Of a DNA stretch of 64,000 nt, positions 54,045 through 62,988 are shown in pieces (within the stretch, counting starts at the first letter, position 1; each line of letters opens with the position of its first letter). The notes under the pieces are model-generated. The model saw nothing but the letters and a program-made list of their open reading frames with translations. It did not search any database and was not told the origin of the DNA. This DNA is from Candidatus Danuiimicrobium aquiferis. GTDB taxonomy: Bacteria > Omnitrophota > Omnitrophia > Omnitrophales > Danuiimicrobiaceae. The DNA lies in contig MHFR01000043.1 in the NCBI GenBank assembly GCA_001804285.1, positions 22,970 to 86,969 on the forward strand. Direction: 5' to 3'. Both the position numbers and the translations under genes were made by a program.

Positions 54045-54890
54045 TTAAGTCGATAAAGGACCATTTCTTGCGAGATCACTTATTTTTTCAATAAGTTCCG
54101 ATATCTGAAAAGGTGTTGAAAGTGCATTTTTCATATAAAAACTATTCTCATTTGATAAATCCTTTGAATTTTGGGCATCTTTATTCAATATGGGTATAAG
54201 TTTAATATTTGTATTTGTCCTTGCCATCTGTATTAATGGCAAATGCTGCGAAATATCTGGAAGCCCAAGATCGAACACAACAATAGAACAAGGCTCGGGA
54301 TTTTTTCTTAAGAAATTACACGCATCTCCTATATCAATAAAAAATTTGCAGCTATAGCGTTCTCTTGGTATCGGACAATATATCTTACTAAAATACTCGT
54401 CTACAGCTTGACTTAATTCAATGTTTTTTCGCGCGAAAATAACATTTGTTTTTTCTTGCGGTTTAAGGTTCGGAACATCTTCTTTATATATTTTATAATA
54501 TGCAGCGGTGGCATCGTCTTGTGGATTTAAACTGTGATAAATAGTTTCAAAGAATTTCTTAATATTTTTAAAAAACGGTTCCTCAATAATTGTTATCGGT
54601 TCATTCTTATAAAGACGCATATTGTCTTTGGTAATAGAATAAACAATTGGTATAGAAATTCCTTTTTCCTTCAATTTCTTCCCAACATCCTTATAACCAT
54701 CCACATTTTTATAGTCTGTTGATTCAATAGCAATTAATAGCAAATCAACTTTGATGTCACTAATAATTTGCTCGATAACCCTCGGATCGGATATTCCTAT
54801 TGAGGCATAGTTCCAATTGTCAAAAAATGTCATATAACCGTCTAAAGCTGATTGGTCATCTATAATTAATATTGTTTTTCGATTTTCCAT
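54045..54890 (-). CDS. Receiver-like protein with two degenerate REC-type halves (281 aa)
   Basis: ILIIDDQSA in the first half and IVVFDLGLPD in the second; divergent from the canonical receiver pattern. Confidence 0.5.
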   Translation of the reverse strand: MENRKTILIIDDQSALDGYMTFFDNWNYASIGISDPRVIEQIISDIKVDLLLIAIESTDYKNVDGYKDVGKKLKEKGISIPIVYSITKDNMRLYKNEPITIIEEPFFKNIKKFFETIYHSLNPQDDATAAYYKIYKEDVPNLKPQEKTNVIFARKNIELSQAVDEYFSKIYCPIPRERYSCKFFIDIGDACNFLRKNPEPCSIVVFDLGLPDISQHLPLIQMARTNTNIKLIPILNKDAQNSKDLSNENSFYMKNALSTPFQISELIEKISDLARNGPLST

Positions 54891-54898
54891 AAAAACCC

Positions 54899-57160
54899 CT
54901 ACCTTATATTCTCAGGTCTTTTCATAGGAAGCCAAAATTTAAAAGTAGTTCCTTTGCCAATTTCACTTTCAACCCAGATTTTTCCGCCATGTTGCCTCTC
55001 AATGATTTCTCTGCAAACCCATAACCCATGTCCGTGCCCGGACGATTCAATATCGGATGATTTCGGTTTTGGTTTTGTGGAAAAACCTTGTTGCCATATC
55101 TTATCCTGAATTTCAGCAGAAATCCCCGGACCATTATCTTTAAATTCAAAATAAGCAACTTGTTTTCCGTCGATTTCTTCGAATCTTCCCTTAATTTTAA
55201 CTTCTCCGTCTTCCTTATCATTCATAGCATCGACTGCATTGTTGATAAGATTTACTAAAACTCTTTTGATCAAAACTGGGCTGCCAAATGGAAAGAATGT
55301 TTCTTTATCTGTGTCACGCCATATTTTAATTCTGCTCGGTTTTGCGTTTTCAGTTGCATTATCCCAAATCATTGTAAAATTAAACACCTCGAACATATCC
55401 TCGCTTCCGGAAAGCGTACCTTCTGCGGTTCTTAGGACAATAAAAAGTTCATCAGCTTTTGATCTAACATTGCACCCCTCATCTTTGATTTTCTCGATAA
55501 GTTTAATATTATTCTCCTCAACTTGCGGGGGAAATTTATCCTTTACGAATTGGTCGTAAATATTTTTTACGAAGGGATAGACTTTCATAACAAAAAAATC
55601 TGACTTCCAGCGAAGACCCACTATCGCATTTCTGGTCTCATGCGCAAGCGACTTGCTATAAGACACCATCCTTGCTTCTTCCTGCGCTTTTAGTTTCGCT
55701 TCCCGTTCATTAACCATCGTTTCAAAAAGGCGAACAATTTCAAATGTCATCGCGTGTTCCTGTGCTAATGTCGCAAGCATATCGAGATCTTGTTCAAAAT
55801 AATCTTCGTCAGACTTCTTTTTTCCTAGGGCTAATATCCCTTGAAATGTTATAGAATCTCGATTCCTTTGACCACCTTTGGAGCTACTCAGAAAACTGGG
55901 GACAATGACCTCTGCTTTCATTTTTTGAATCGTTCCGAGAATATCCGAAAAACGTTCACGGTTAACTGCATCCTTTGCGCTATTCAATTCCTCCTCTATT
56001 TGAGCCTTCGTAATCGGTACTTGTTGCTTAGCAATATAGCCAATAAGTGGATTATCCAACATCAATTTGAAATCAGGGCGATTGACTTTTCTAAAGCCGC
56101 TACAACCTTTAAGTTCGAAATGGTCGTTCTCCTGATCACGAAAATAAATCGCTGCATTACTCGTACGCGCCTTGTGAATCAAAACCACGAGCATCTTGCG
56201 TGTCAGCTCATTAAAACTTGTAACTAAAGCAATATCTTTACTTGCATCCTTTAAAATCTTTGCATAATCAAATTTCTTTTGGAAAAGATAATGGTCTGTA
56301 ATTTCAACCAAATATTTCCGAGCAGGATCATAGAGCAACATAGCAATGATAACACTGAGAACTCTAATACTTATTGCACCCATCCCCAAGTACTGGCCAA
56401 TATAACTTTGCGCCAAAACAGTTATTGCAGTGATTACGCTAATCAAAACACCAAAAAGGCCGGCAAACACAAGGGTCTTTTTGATAATGACTTCGATGTC
56501 CATAAGACGATGCTTCACTATGCTATAGGACATAATAATAGGGTACAAACAAATTAAGGCGCTACCATACGGTGGGAATGGAATATTAAAAATCAATAAA
56601 AACAATGAAATCCCGCCACTAAAACCCAGAAAAGATGCCACGGAAAGATAAATAATCCTCAAACGCTCATGCCCCTTAGTTTCTTTGATTGCCATCGTCA
56701 TAAGGATGTGCGCGTATGCGATAAACCAAACATACATAGCCGCATACACTGAGTAAAGTGGTCCCCAATCCGGATAGTATAAAATCCCCATTTTATTAAT
56801 AACATCGCGAACAACAAAAGGCGAAAAACAAGAAAAAAACATAAAAACGGAAAGTCCATAGCCTGTACGAAGAAGAGTTTTATGTCGTGCCTCCTGCCGC
56901 AGCAGGATTAAAACAAAGTGAAAAAAAGTGATCGGTATAAAGGCACCGCTGGCGTGTGAAAAACGACTGGATAAAATTGATGTCTGATAATTAATCGCTA
57001 AAAGGCTGATAAAATAACCTAAGCTCCAAATCCCTACAGTAAAACTAAATATAACCCAACTAATTTTCAGGTTGGTTCGCGGCTTATGGAAATAAACAAA
57101 CAATCCCAACCCGAGACCCAAAAATGCCGTCAGCCCTGTAATTATAGTATAAAAATACAT
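54899..57160 (-). CDS. Sensor histidine kinase, third paralogue of the polytopic-membrane kinase family
   Basis: H-box LAHETRNAIVGL; DNGPGIS and GHGHGLWVCREI HATPase motifs; N-terminal TM helices with an LMDIEVIIKKTLVFAGLF segment shared with the other two kinases. Confidence 0.85.
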   Translation of the reverse strand: MYFYTIITGLTAFLGLGLGLFVYFHKPRTNLKISWVIFSFTVGIWSLGYFISLLAINYQTSILSSRFSHASGAFIPITFFHFVLILLRQEARHKTLLRTGYGLSVFMFFSCFSPFVVRDVINKMGILYYPDWGPLYSVYAAMYVWFIAYAHILMTMAIKETKGHERLRIIYLSVASFLGFSGGISLFLLIFNIPFPPYGSALICLYPIIMSYSIVKHRLMDIEVIIKKTLVFAGLFGVLISVITAITVLAQSYIGQYLGMGAISIRVLSVIIAMLLYDPARKYLVEITDHYLFQKKFDYAKILKDASKDIALVTSFNELTRKMLVVLIHKARTSNAAIYFRDQENDHFELKGCSGFRKVNRPDFKLMLDNPLIGYIAKQQVPITKAQIEEELNSAKDAVNRERFSDILGTIQKMKAEVIVPSFLSSSKGGQRNRDSITFQGILALGKKKSDEDYFEQDLDMLATLAQEHAMTFEIVRLFETMVNEREAKLKAQEEARMVSYSKSLAHETRNAIVGLRWKSDFFVMKVYPFVKNIYDQFVKDKFPPQVEENNIKLIEKIKDEGCNVRSKADELFIVLRTAEGTLSGSEDMFEVFNFTMIWDNATENAKPSRIKIWRDTDKETFFPFGSPVLIKRVLVNLINNAVDAMNDKEDGEVKIKGRFEEIDGKQVAYFEFKDNGPGISAEIQDKIWQQGFSTKPKPKSSDIESSGHGHGLWVCREIIERQHGGKIWVESEIGKGTTFKFWLPMKRPENIR

Positions 57161-57221
57161 AATGGCCTTAAATATTTTGGAATAAAAAAAAGACTCTGAC
57201 TCATGCCGGGTCTTTTGTACA

Positions 57222-57848
57222 TCATATGAACAGCCCGTATCTTTTGAAATAATTCAAAACTGTTTCCGCAATAATTTTATGCCCGAGATCATTCGGATGT
57301 AAACCATCAGGTCCAATCACGTTTGTCACATCCTTTTCAAGTGGCGTTCTGATATCAATAAATTCCCATTCATACGCATGTACCATTCTCTCAATGGAAT
57401 CGCTATATTGTTTTTGCCACGAAACGGGGTCTCCATAAAAAGCGGTTTGTTCATTAAAGTGATTCGGAAAATTTTGAATAAATTTTTCACCATCCAAAGG
57501 CTGCAAATTCAAGAGAATAGCTATTTTATTATTAGCCGTTATTTGCTCAACAATTTTTTTTATATTATGCTCAAATTGCTCAATTGTGGTTTCGGGTTGG
57601 TTATTTGAGCGTATCCATGAGTCGTTGTTCCCAAAAAGAATCAAAACATGAGAACAAGATGGGTTCTGAAGCACATCGGATTCGAGCCTATTCAATCCCC
57701 CTGAGCTCGAATCTCTATTTAATCCTTTTAAAAAAACTGGTATATTAACGGACGCTTTAATAATTTTCGAACAACAATTATCCCTTGTAGAAGCGCCTGT
57801 ACCAGCAAGAACACTATCACCAAAACAAATAATTCCGATTACTTTCAT
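57222..57848 (-). CDS. SGNH/GDSL-family hydrolase
   Basis: GDS in block I (CFGDSVLAG), GNND in block III, and a DGLHPN catalytic Asp/His block. Confidence 0.7.
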   Translation of the reverse strand: MKVIGIICFGDSVLAGTGASTRDNCCSKIIKASVNIPVFLKGLNRDSSSGGLNRLESDVLQNPSCSHVLILFGNNDSWIRSNNQPETTIEQFEHNIKKIVEQITANNKIAILLNLQPLDGEKFIQNFPNHFNEQTAFYGDPVSWQKQYSDSIERMVHAYEWEFIDIRTPLEKDVTNVIGPDGLHPNDLGHKIIAETVLNYFKRYGLFI

Positions 57849-57857
57849 TTTGATAAA

Positions 57858-58676
57858 TCAACGATTCTTATATTGTGGTTGACGTTTATTAATGTATGCA
57901 TGAATGCCTTCCTTCATATCTTCCGACGCACAAACCTGCTCAAAACAATCCAATTCGATTTTTATTCCTTCCGATAAGGACTTTTTCATACCTTCGCGAA
58001 TCGCCTTTTGCGCATACGCGACGGCAAATTGGCTATTCCGTATAATCTTCTTCGCTATTTCCATCGATCGATTAAGGACTTCCCCGTGCTGCACTATTTC
58101 ATCTATCATTCCAATGTCATAGGCTTCCTGTGCCGTAATCATATCACCCGTTAAAATGATCTTTCTGGCCCGTGAAGTGCCAATTAAACGTGGCAAACGT
58201 TGAGTCGCACCCCAACCGGGAATAATCCCTAAATTTATTTCTGATTGAGCAAACTTCGATTTTTCAGAAGCAATGCGTAAATGACATGCTAAAATTAATT
58301 CATTTGCCCCACCAAAGCACATTGAATTAATTGCCGCTATAATAGGCTTGTCCGAATTCTCAACCTGATCATATAAATCTTGTCCTCTCTTCGCAAGAAC
58401 GCGTCCTTGCGCGGCATTATCGATGGATGCAATTTCGGTAATATCAGCACCCATCGAAAATGCTCGATCTCCCGCTCCCGTTATAATTAATATTTTCGCT
58501 TCGCGATCCTGGAAATATTGTTTCAGAACAACCTCAAATTCAGCAAAAAAAACAGGCGTAATAATATTGAGCGGGGGATTATTGATAGTCAAAATCCATA
58601 TCGCTTTAGTTTCTTCCGTACTCACAAACATCGTCTTGAATTTCGTCTCGGCTTCATTCATGATTGAACAATCCAT
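57858..58676 (-). CDS. Enoyl-CoA hydratase/isomerase (crotonase fold)
   Basis: ILTINNPPLN...ITGAGDRAFSMGADI...GGANELILACH. The true start may be an internal Met. Confidence 0.8.
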   Translation of the reverse strand: MDCSIMNEAETKFKTMFVSTEETKAIWILTINNPPLNIITPVFFAEFEVVLKQYFQDREAKILIITGAGDRAFSMGADITEIASIDNAAQGRVLAKRGQDLYDQVENSDKPIIAAINSMCFGGANELILACHLRIASEKSKFAQSEINLGIIPGWGATQRLPRLIGTSRARKIILTGDMITAQEAYDIGMIDEIVQHGEVLNRSMEIAKKIIRNSQFAVAYAQKAIREGMKKSLSEGIKIELDCFEQVCASEDMKEGIHAYINKRQPQYKNR

Positions 58677-58686
58677 TCTTTGATAA

Positions 58687-58992
58687 TTATCGTTTAATAC
58701 CTCTCTGCTTTTGCAGATGAATAATATAATCTACGATATCAGATAATTTGCGCTTTGTACTAACTTCACTCAAGTTGGGACTTATTTGAAAATCGTCTTC
58801 AATCGCATTCATTAAATCTAGGGATTCAAGCGAATCCACGCCCAAATCCTCCGCTAAATCTGTCTCCCAATTCAATTGAGGCCTGTTTTCCGGCTTCTTC
58901 TCTTTCATCACTTTCAATAAATTCATTAAAATTCCTTTTAAGCGATTAAAGATTTCTTCTCTGTTCGGGTTTATTGCTCCGCTCTCTGCCAT
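58687..58992 (-). CDS. Acyl carrier protein (about 101 aa)
   Basis: DLGVDSLESLDLMNAIEDDF phosphopantetheine-attachment motif. The ATG at 58992 has an AGGAGGG RBS and begins 1 nt after the KAS stop. The N-terminal extension shown in the ORF track was rejected. Confidence 0.75.
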   Translation of the reverse strand: MAESGAINPNREEIFNRLKGILMNLLKVMKEKKPENRPQLNWETDLAEDLGVDSLESLDLMNAIEDDFQISPNLSEVSTKRKLSDIVDYIIHLQKQRGIKR

Positions 58993-58993
58993 A

Positions 58994-60232
58994 TTAATCC
59001 CTCCTAAATACAAGAACTGCGTTATTAGAACCAAATCCAAAAGAATTTGAAACCACCACTTCCAATTTAGCCGCACGGCCTTGATTGGGAACATAATCAA
59101 GATCACAATCAGGATCTGGCGTATTCAAATTAATAGTTGGCGGGATAAATCCTTTCTCTATTGATAAACAACATATAATAGCCTCGATTGCTCCTGCAGC
59201 TCCAATCGTATGACCAATCATTGATTTAATGCTACTAATCGGAATTTTTTTTGCGTATTCGTTAAAAACTAACTTAATAGCCTTTGTTTCAGCAAGGTCA
59301 TTCCACTTTGTCGAAGTGCCGTGCGCGTTAATATAGTCTACATCCATTGGTTCGAGACCTGCATCGTCCAAGGCAAGCTTCATAGCTGCCGCAGCATCTT
59401 CACCGGAAGGATTGGGTGTAACCATATGATATGCTCCGCAATTGGAACCGAAGCCCGCAATTTCGGCATAAATATGCGCTCCCCTTGCTTGCGCATGTTC
59501 GGCATTCTCAAGAATTAAAATACCGGCCCCTTCGCCCAATACAAAACCTTCCCGAGTTAAATCAAATGGGCGAGAAGCCTTTGTGGGATTATTATTATCA
59601 GGACTTAATACCATCATTTGTTGATAAGCAGCGAATGTTACTCGACTTATTGGTGCTTCGACGCCGCCAGTAACTGCAATATTTGCAACCCCCTGCCGAA
59701 TCTTATTACAAGCTTCACCAATTGCTTGCGCACTCGAAGAACACGCTGTTGATATAACTTGATTCACGCCCTTGATTCCATATTGCAAGGCAATATAGGC
59801 AGAAACCGCATTGGGCGTTATCCGCGGAACTGAACTCGCAGCGGCTTTCTTAGGATCATCATGTTTAACAACCTCAATAATCGTTTCCTCGTGAAAATTA
59901 TTGCCCCCTTGACCGGAACCAATAATAACGATTGCTTGTGTTAATGCACCATTTTCAGAGCTTAATTTTGCATCATCCAAAGCTAATTTAGCAGCTGCTA
60001 GCCCCAAATGCGCAAAACGATCTGTCTTTCGCATAACAGCTATCGGCATATATTCAACCGGGTCAAAATTTTTCACTTCTGCAGCAGTTTTGACACTATA
60101 TTTGGCAATGTCAAATCGGGTAATAAAATCAATCCCCGACTTCCCGCCAAACGTCGATGCGGCGAATTCATTCACACCAATACCGTTAGGAGCGACAATG
60201 CCTAATCCCGTGACGACTACCCTCTTTTTCAC
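58994..60232 (-). CDS. Beta-ketoacyl-ACP synthase (KAS I/II type, FabF-like)
   Basis: Active-site Cys in TACSSSAQAIG, HGTST and GHTIGAAG histidines, 412 aa. Confidence 0.9.
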   Translation of the reverse strand: MKKRVVVTGLGIVAPNGIGVNEFAASTFGGKSGIDFITRFDIAKYSVKTAAEVKNFDPVEYMPIAVMRKTDRFAHLGLAAAKLALDDAKLSSENGALTQAIVIIGSGQGGNNFHEETIIEVVKHDDPKKAAASSVPRITPNAVSAYIALQYGIKGVNQVISTACSSSAQAIGEACNKIRQGVANIAVTGGVEAPISRVTFAAYQQMMVLSPDNNNPTKASRPFDLTREGFVLGEGAGILILENAEHAQARGAHIYAEIAGFGSNCGAYHMVTPNPSGEDAAAAMKLALDDAGLEPMDVDYINAHGTSTKWNDLAETKAIKLVFNEYAKKIPISSIKSMIGHTIGAAGAIEAIICCLSIEKGFIPPTINLNTPDPDCDLDYVPNQGRAAKLEVVVSNSFGFGSNNAVLVFRRD

Positions 60233-60600
60233 AAATACTCCCGCATCGTTATCATTAAACGATCTAAATCGAATGGCTTTTGAATAATCTCGCCAAATTT
60301 TTCTGCTTTCAAATGAATGCTGTCTTCCGCATATCCTGTAATGAAAATAACCGGCAAATCTTTTTTATTGTCCTTCTTACGTTGTTCTTGAATGAAATTG
60401 ATAGCATCAACTCCATTCATCTTGGGCATTCGAATATCCGCAAATATAATATCGAATTCAATTTCTTTTGCATACTGTAAAGCCACTTCACCTTGATCTG
60501 CTAAACGATAATCATATCCCTGCTTTTTTAAAAGAGCTCCCAGCGTTTTTAAAACCAATTCATCATCATCTATTACTAGAACTTTTTTCCCAATAGACAT
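60229..60600 (-). CDS. Single-domain response regulator (receiver)
   Basis: VLVIDDDEL...IIFADIRMP...FITGY...QKPF. The ATG at 60600 has a GAGGAAA RBS; the stop overlaps the KAS start as ATGA. Confidence 0.8.
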   Translation of the reverse strand: MSIGKKVLVIDDDELVLKTLGALLKKQGYDYRLADQGEVALQYAKEIEFDIIFADIRMPKMNGVDAINFIQEQRKKDNKKDLPVIFITGYAEDSIHLKAEKFGEIIQKPFDLDRLMITMREYL

Positions 60601-60601
60601 A

Positions 60602-61438
60602 CTATATTTTCCTCGCCGTACAAAGGTTATACATGTTCCATTGATCACGGCTAATGATTATATCTTGAAAGCCAATCTTATGTAACCATTCTCGCCAGAA
60701 GTTGGGTTTTCGATAATACAAAACCCATGCACCTTCTTTAGTTTTACCTATTTTTTCCATAAGTTTTCTGCTTGGATTATTCTCCTGACTATCAAACAAG
60801 AACATCCCACCATCATCTAAAGCATCATAAGCATTCTTCATGACATCGATTGATTTGTTATCATCAATATATACGGTCAGGCCAGAAGCAACGATAATAT
60901 TTGGCTTCCAATCAATCCCTCCTCCAAACTTTTTCAAGAGACTCAATCGAAAAACATTGCCCCTGACAAAACGCAAACTCGTTTCGGGAACGTCATATTC
61001 TTTTGCCAATGCCTGCCCGTATCGAATCGATTTTTTGTCATAATCCACAGCAACGGTTTCAATCGCTTGCCCCTTGAATAATTGGGCGATATCTAATAAA
61101 TATCGACCTGTCCCGCAAGCGACATCAACAATCATAGTCACTTTTCCCGATATTTTATTATTCTCTACCTCATTACTTAAAATTTTGATCAGATTGTTTC
61201 TACGATTTCGCGTTGCTTGAACCGATGGAAGATTTAACAAGATTGAATCAACTAAATACCCCAGAGGATTATAGCCCGACGGCTTATTTTGATACATATA
61301 GTCAAAATTATAACCAGTCGCCGCTTCACCCAAAACGCTTTGACGTCCAAATTTACTCATCAATAATAAATTGCGAATAATTTTTTGATACAAAACATCT
61401 TCGAATAAAGTAGAGATTTTTTTGTTAAAATTTGCCAT
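60602..61438 (-). CDS. Class I SAM-dependent methyltransferase
   Basis: Motif I VDVACGTGRY and a DALDDGGMFLF post-II region. Confidence 0.75.
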   Translation of the reverse strand: MANFNKKISTLFEDVLYQKIIRNLLLMSKFGRQSVLGEAATGYNFDYMYQNKPSGYNPLGYLVDSILLNLPSVQATRNRRNNLIKILSNEVENNKISGKVTMIVDVACGTGRYLLDIAQLFKGQAIETVAVDYDKKSIRYGQALAKEYDVPETSLRFVRGNVFRLSLLKKFGGGIDWKPNIIVASGLTVYIDDNKSIDVMKNAYDALDDGGMFLFDSQENNPSRKLMEKIGKTKEGAWVLYYRKPNFWREWLHKIGFQDIIISRDQWNMYNLCTARKI

Positions 61439-61447
61439 CGTTATTTC

Positions 61448-61729
61448 TTACGTTAAACTGTTATCATTTTCAATATGAATGCCATGTTTCTTAAGTAACG
61501 GTTTATAAAGGTGTCTCAAATCTTCCATCCCTGGGAAATTGGCCAATTTCTCGAGATTCTTCCTCGCCGCTTGATATCGCCTTCCAACGCGCAAAAGTTG
61601 CCAGGTTAAGATTAGAACGATCGGAATGCCGATCGCAGATAGAACCAAATAAACCTTATCCATATCACGCCAAAACTGCAGACCATTTTCACTTCGAAGA
61701 AAAGTATCAACTCTTCTCAACCAATCCAT
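61448..61729 (-). CDS. Small membrane protein (93 aa), hypothetical
   Basis: One TM helix (AIGIPIVLILTWQLL). Confidence 0.35.
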   Translation of the reverse strand: MDWLRRVDTFLRSENGLQFWRDMDKVYLVLSAIGIPIVLILTWQLLRVGRRYQAARKNLEKLANFPGMEDLRHLYKPLLKKHGIHIENDNSLT

Positions 61730-61930
61730 TTGCTAAATCTCCTGCTTTTATTTCATCATGCACTATAAGCCCCTGTGCTCATCAAACACAGACAAGATTC
61801 GACACACACCTGTTGGGCTAATTTATCTAATTATCGACTGCCGTTAAAATAAGCTAAACAACGGCTTAATTTTACGCCTACAACATGGCAATGACTATAG
61901 AAATATACAAGGTCAGAAAGGGCTATTTTA

Positions 61931-62317
61931 TTAAACAAAAACGATTTGACCCAAAATTTGCTTCAGCTGGCCAATGGCAAACGGTTTTACTAAACATTCA
62001 TCAGCACCTAATTGAATCGCTTTTTCTACGGTGCTTATTTGATCATCAGTTGTCATTGCAATTACTTTGGTACCGGGACTAATAGCCCTTATAAATGCCA
62101 ATAACTCTAGGCCGTATGAGGGTGCTGAGGCAAACTCCAAGGCGAGAAATAGCCACTTCGGCGTTTCTGATTCTATCATTTTGATAACTTTAGACGGCTC
62201 ACTTACAGTTAATATTTCAAAGACCGATTTCCCAGTGCGCTGTTCCAAATGCTCAAGCATGGCATTCTTGAGAACCTCACAAAGGTCTGGAACGTCCGCA
62301 ATTAAAATTTTATTCAT
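61931..62317 (-). CDS. Receiver-domain protein (128 aa), somewhat degenerate
   Basis: ILIADVPD...VIAMTTDD...LVKPF receiver-like pattern. Confidence 0.6.
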   Translation of the reverse strand: MNKILIADVPDLCEVLKNAMLEHLEQRTGKSVFEILTVSEPSKVIKMIESETPKWLFLALEFASAPSYGLELLAFIRAISPGTKVIAMTTDDQISTVEKAIQLGADECLVKPFAIGQLKQILGQIVFV

Positions 62318-62785
62318 GAAAGTTTATAGAATGGAATTTGTCTCTTTGTTCTTATCACTTTTCGGCACATAAGACCCAAAACTCAATGATATCCGAAACT
62401 GGCTGGCTACGGGTGAGCCACCCACACCCTTTATAAAAAAGGGGTTGTTTATAATTAAGTGCTTTCTTGAGCATCGCAAAGACAGGATTATTCATAACAT
62501 CACACTGTGAAGATTTATTAGGGAGCGTAAGTTCCGCTGAAAGTAAGAACAGGATTTAATAAATAAGAACGATTTCTTACCCTACTTCCACATTCGAAAT
62601 GACAAATGAACTATTTTGAGAATGTGTAACTCTGGTTAAGAGCTGGTGTCCAAAAAGTCTCCATAGGTGACCTAAAATTACACAAATTGGACGACATTGG
62701 CATGAACTAAAAACGCAAAGTAATTTCTTGCTGCTGAACGAGATACGTTGATTTTGAAGGGCTTACAAAAAATCATCCAAACGGA

Positions 62786-62824
62786 TCCCAAAGCAGGTGC
62801 TCTAGCCACCTGAGCTACGCCCCG
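62786..62824 (-). pseudogene. Truncated tRNA-Pro(UGG): only the 5' half is present (acceptor 5' strand, D-arm, 5' anticodon stem and anticodon loop)
   Basis: The minus strand reads CGGGGCG TA GCTC AGGTGGCTA GAGC A CCTGC TTTGGGA, which folds as a canonical D-arm with a UUUGGGA loop (anticodon UGG, G37). The next bases TCCGT cannot pair with CCTGC, and no 3' half was found within 450 nt. Confidence 0.55.
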
Positions 62825-62856
62825 ACAACATATGTTTCAAATATTTCTTCTATCAA

Positions 62857-62900
62857 GGCGTAGCGTCTTGTCCGCCGCGTTCTTTGGCGGAAGCTACGCC
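62857..62900. repeat. Compound hairpin whose 3' arm is a second copy of the tRNA 5' end
   Basis: Outer stem GGCGTAGC / GCTACGCC and inner stem TCCGCC / GGCGGA. The 13-mer AGCTACGCCCCGA occurs at 62813-62825 and again at 62892-62904. Confidence 0.6.
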
Positions 62901-62988
62901 CCGATGAAGATTTTTGTAGAAGGCGAATTATACCACTTTTTAAAAAAAAGGAAACCAGTACGTCGCCTATCATGACTCGCACTATATT

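Noticed and set aside
58993-59106. N-terminal 38-residue extension of the ACP ORF as listed in the six-frame track.
   Set aside because: The extension overlaps the 3' end of the KAS gene and is hydrophobic with no similarity to ACPs. The internal ATG at 58992 has a perfect AGGAGGG RBS and starts 1 nt after the KAS stop.
60601-60648. N-terminal 16-residue extension of the receiver ORF 60229-60648.
   Set aside because: It overlaps the methyltransferase gene's 3' end. The internal ATG at 60600 with a GAGGAAA RBS gives a canonical receiver N-terminus (KKVLVIDDD).
62373-62785. Group I intron interrupting the tRNA-Pro gene at the anticodon loop.
   Set aside because: No tRNA 3' half (GCAGG...TTCGAAT-like T-arm...CGCCCCG) is present downstream of the break within the noncoding stretch, and the known bacterial tRNA introns sit in other isoacceptors. 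An integration scar or truncation explains the sequence better, though this was not tested with a covariance model.
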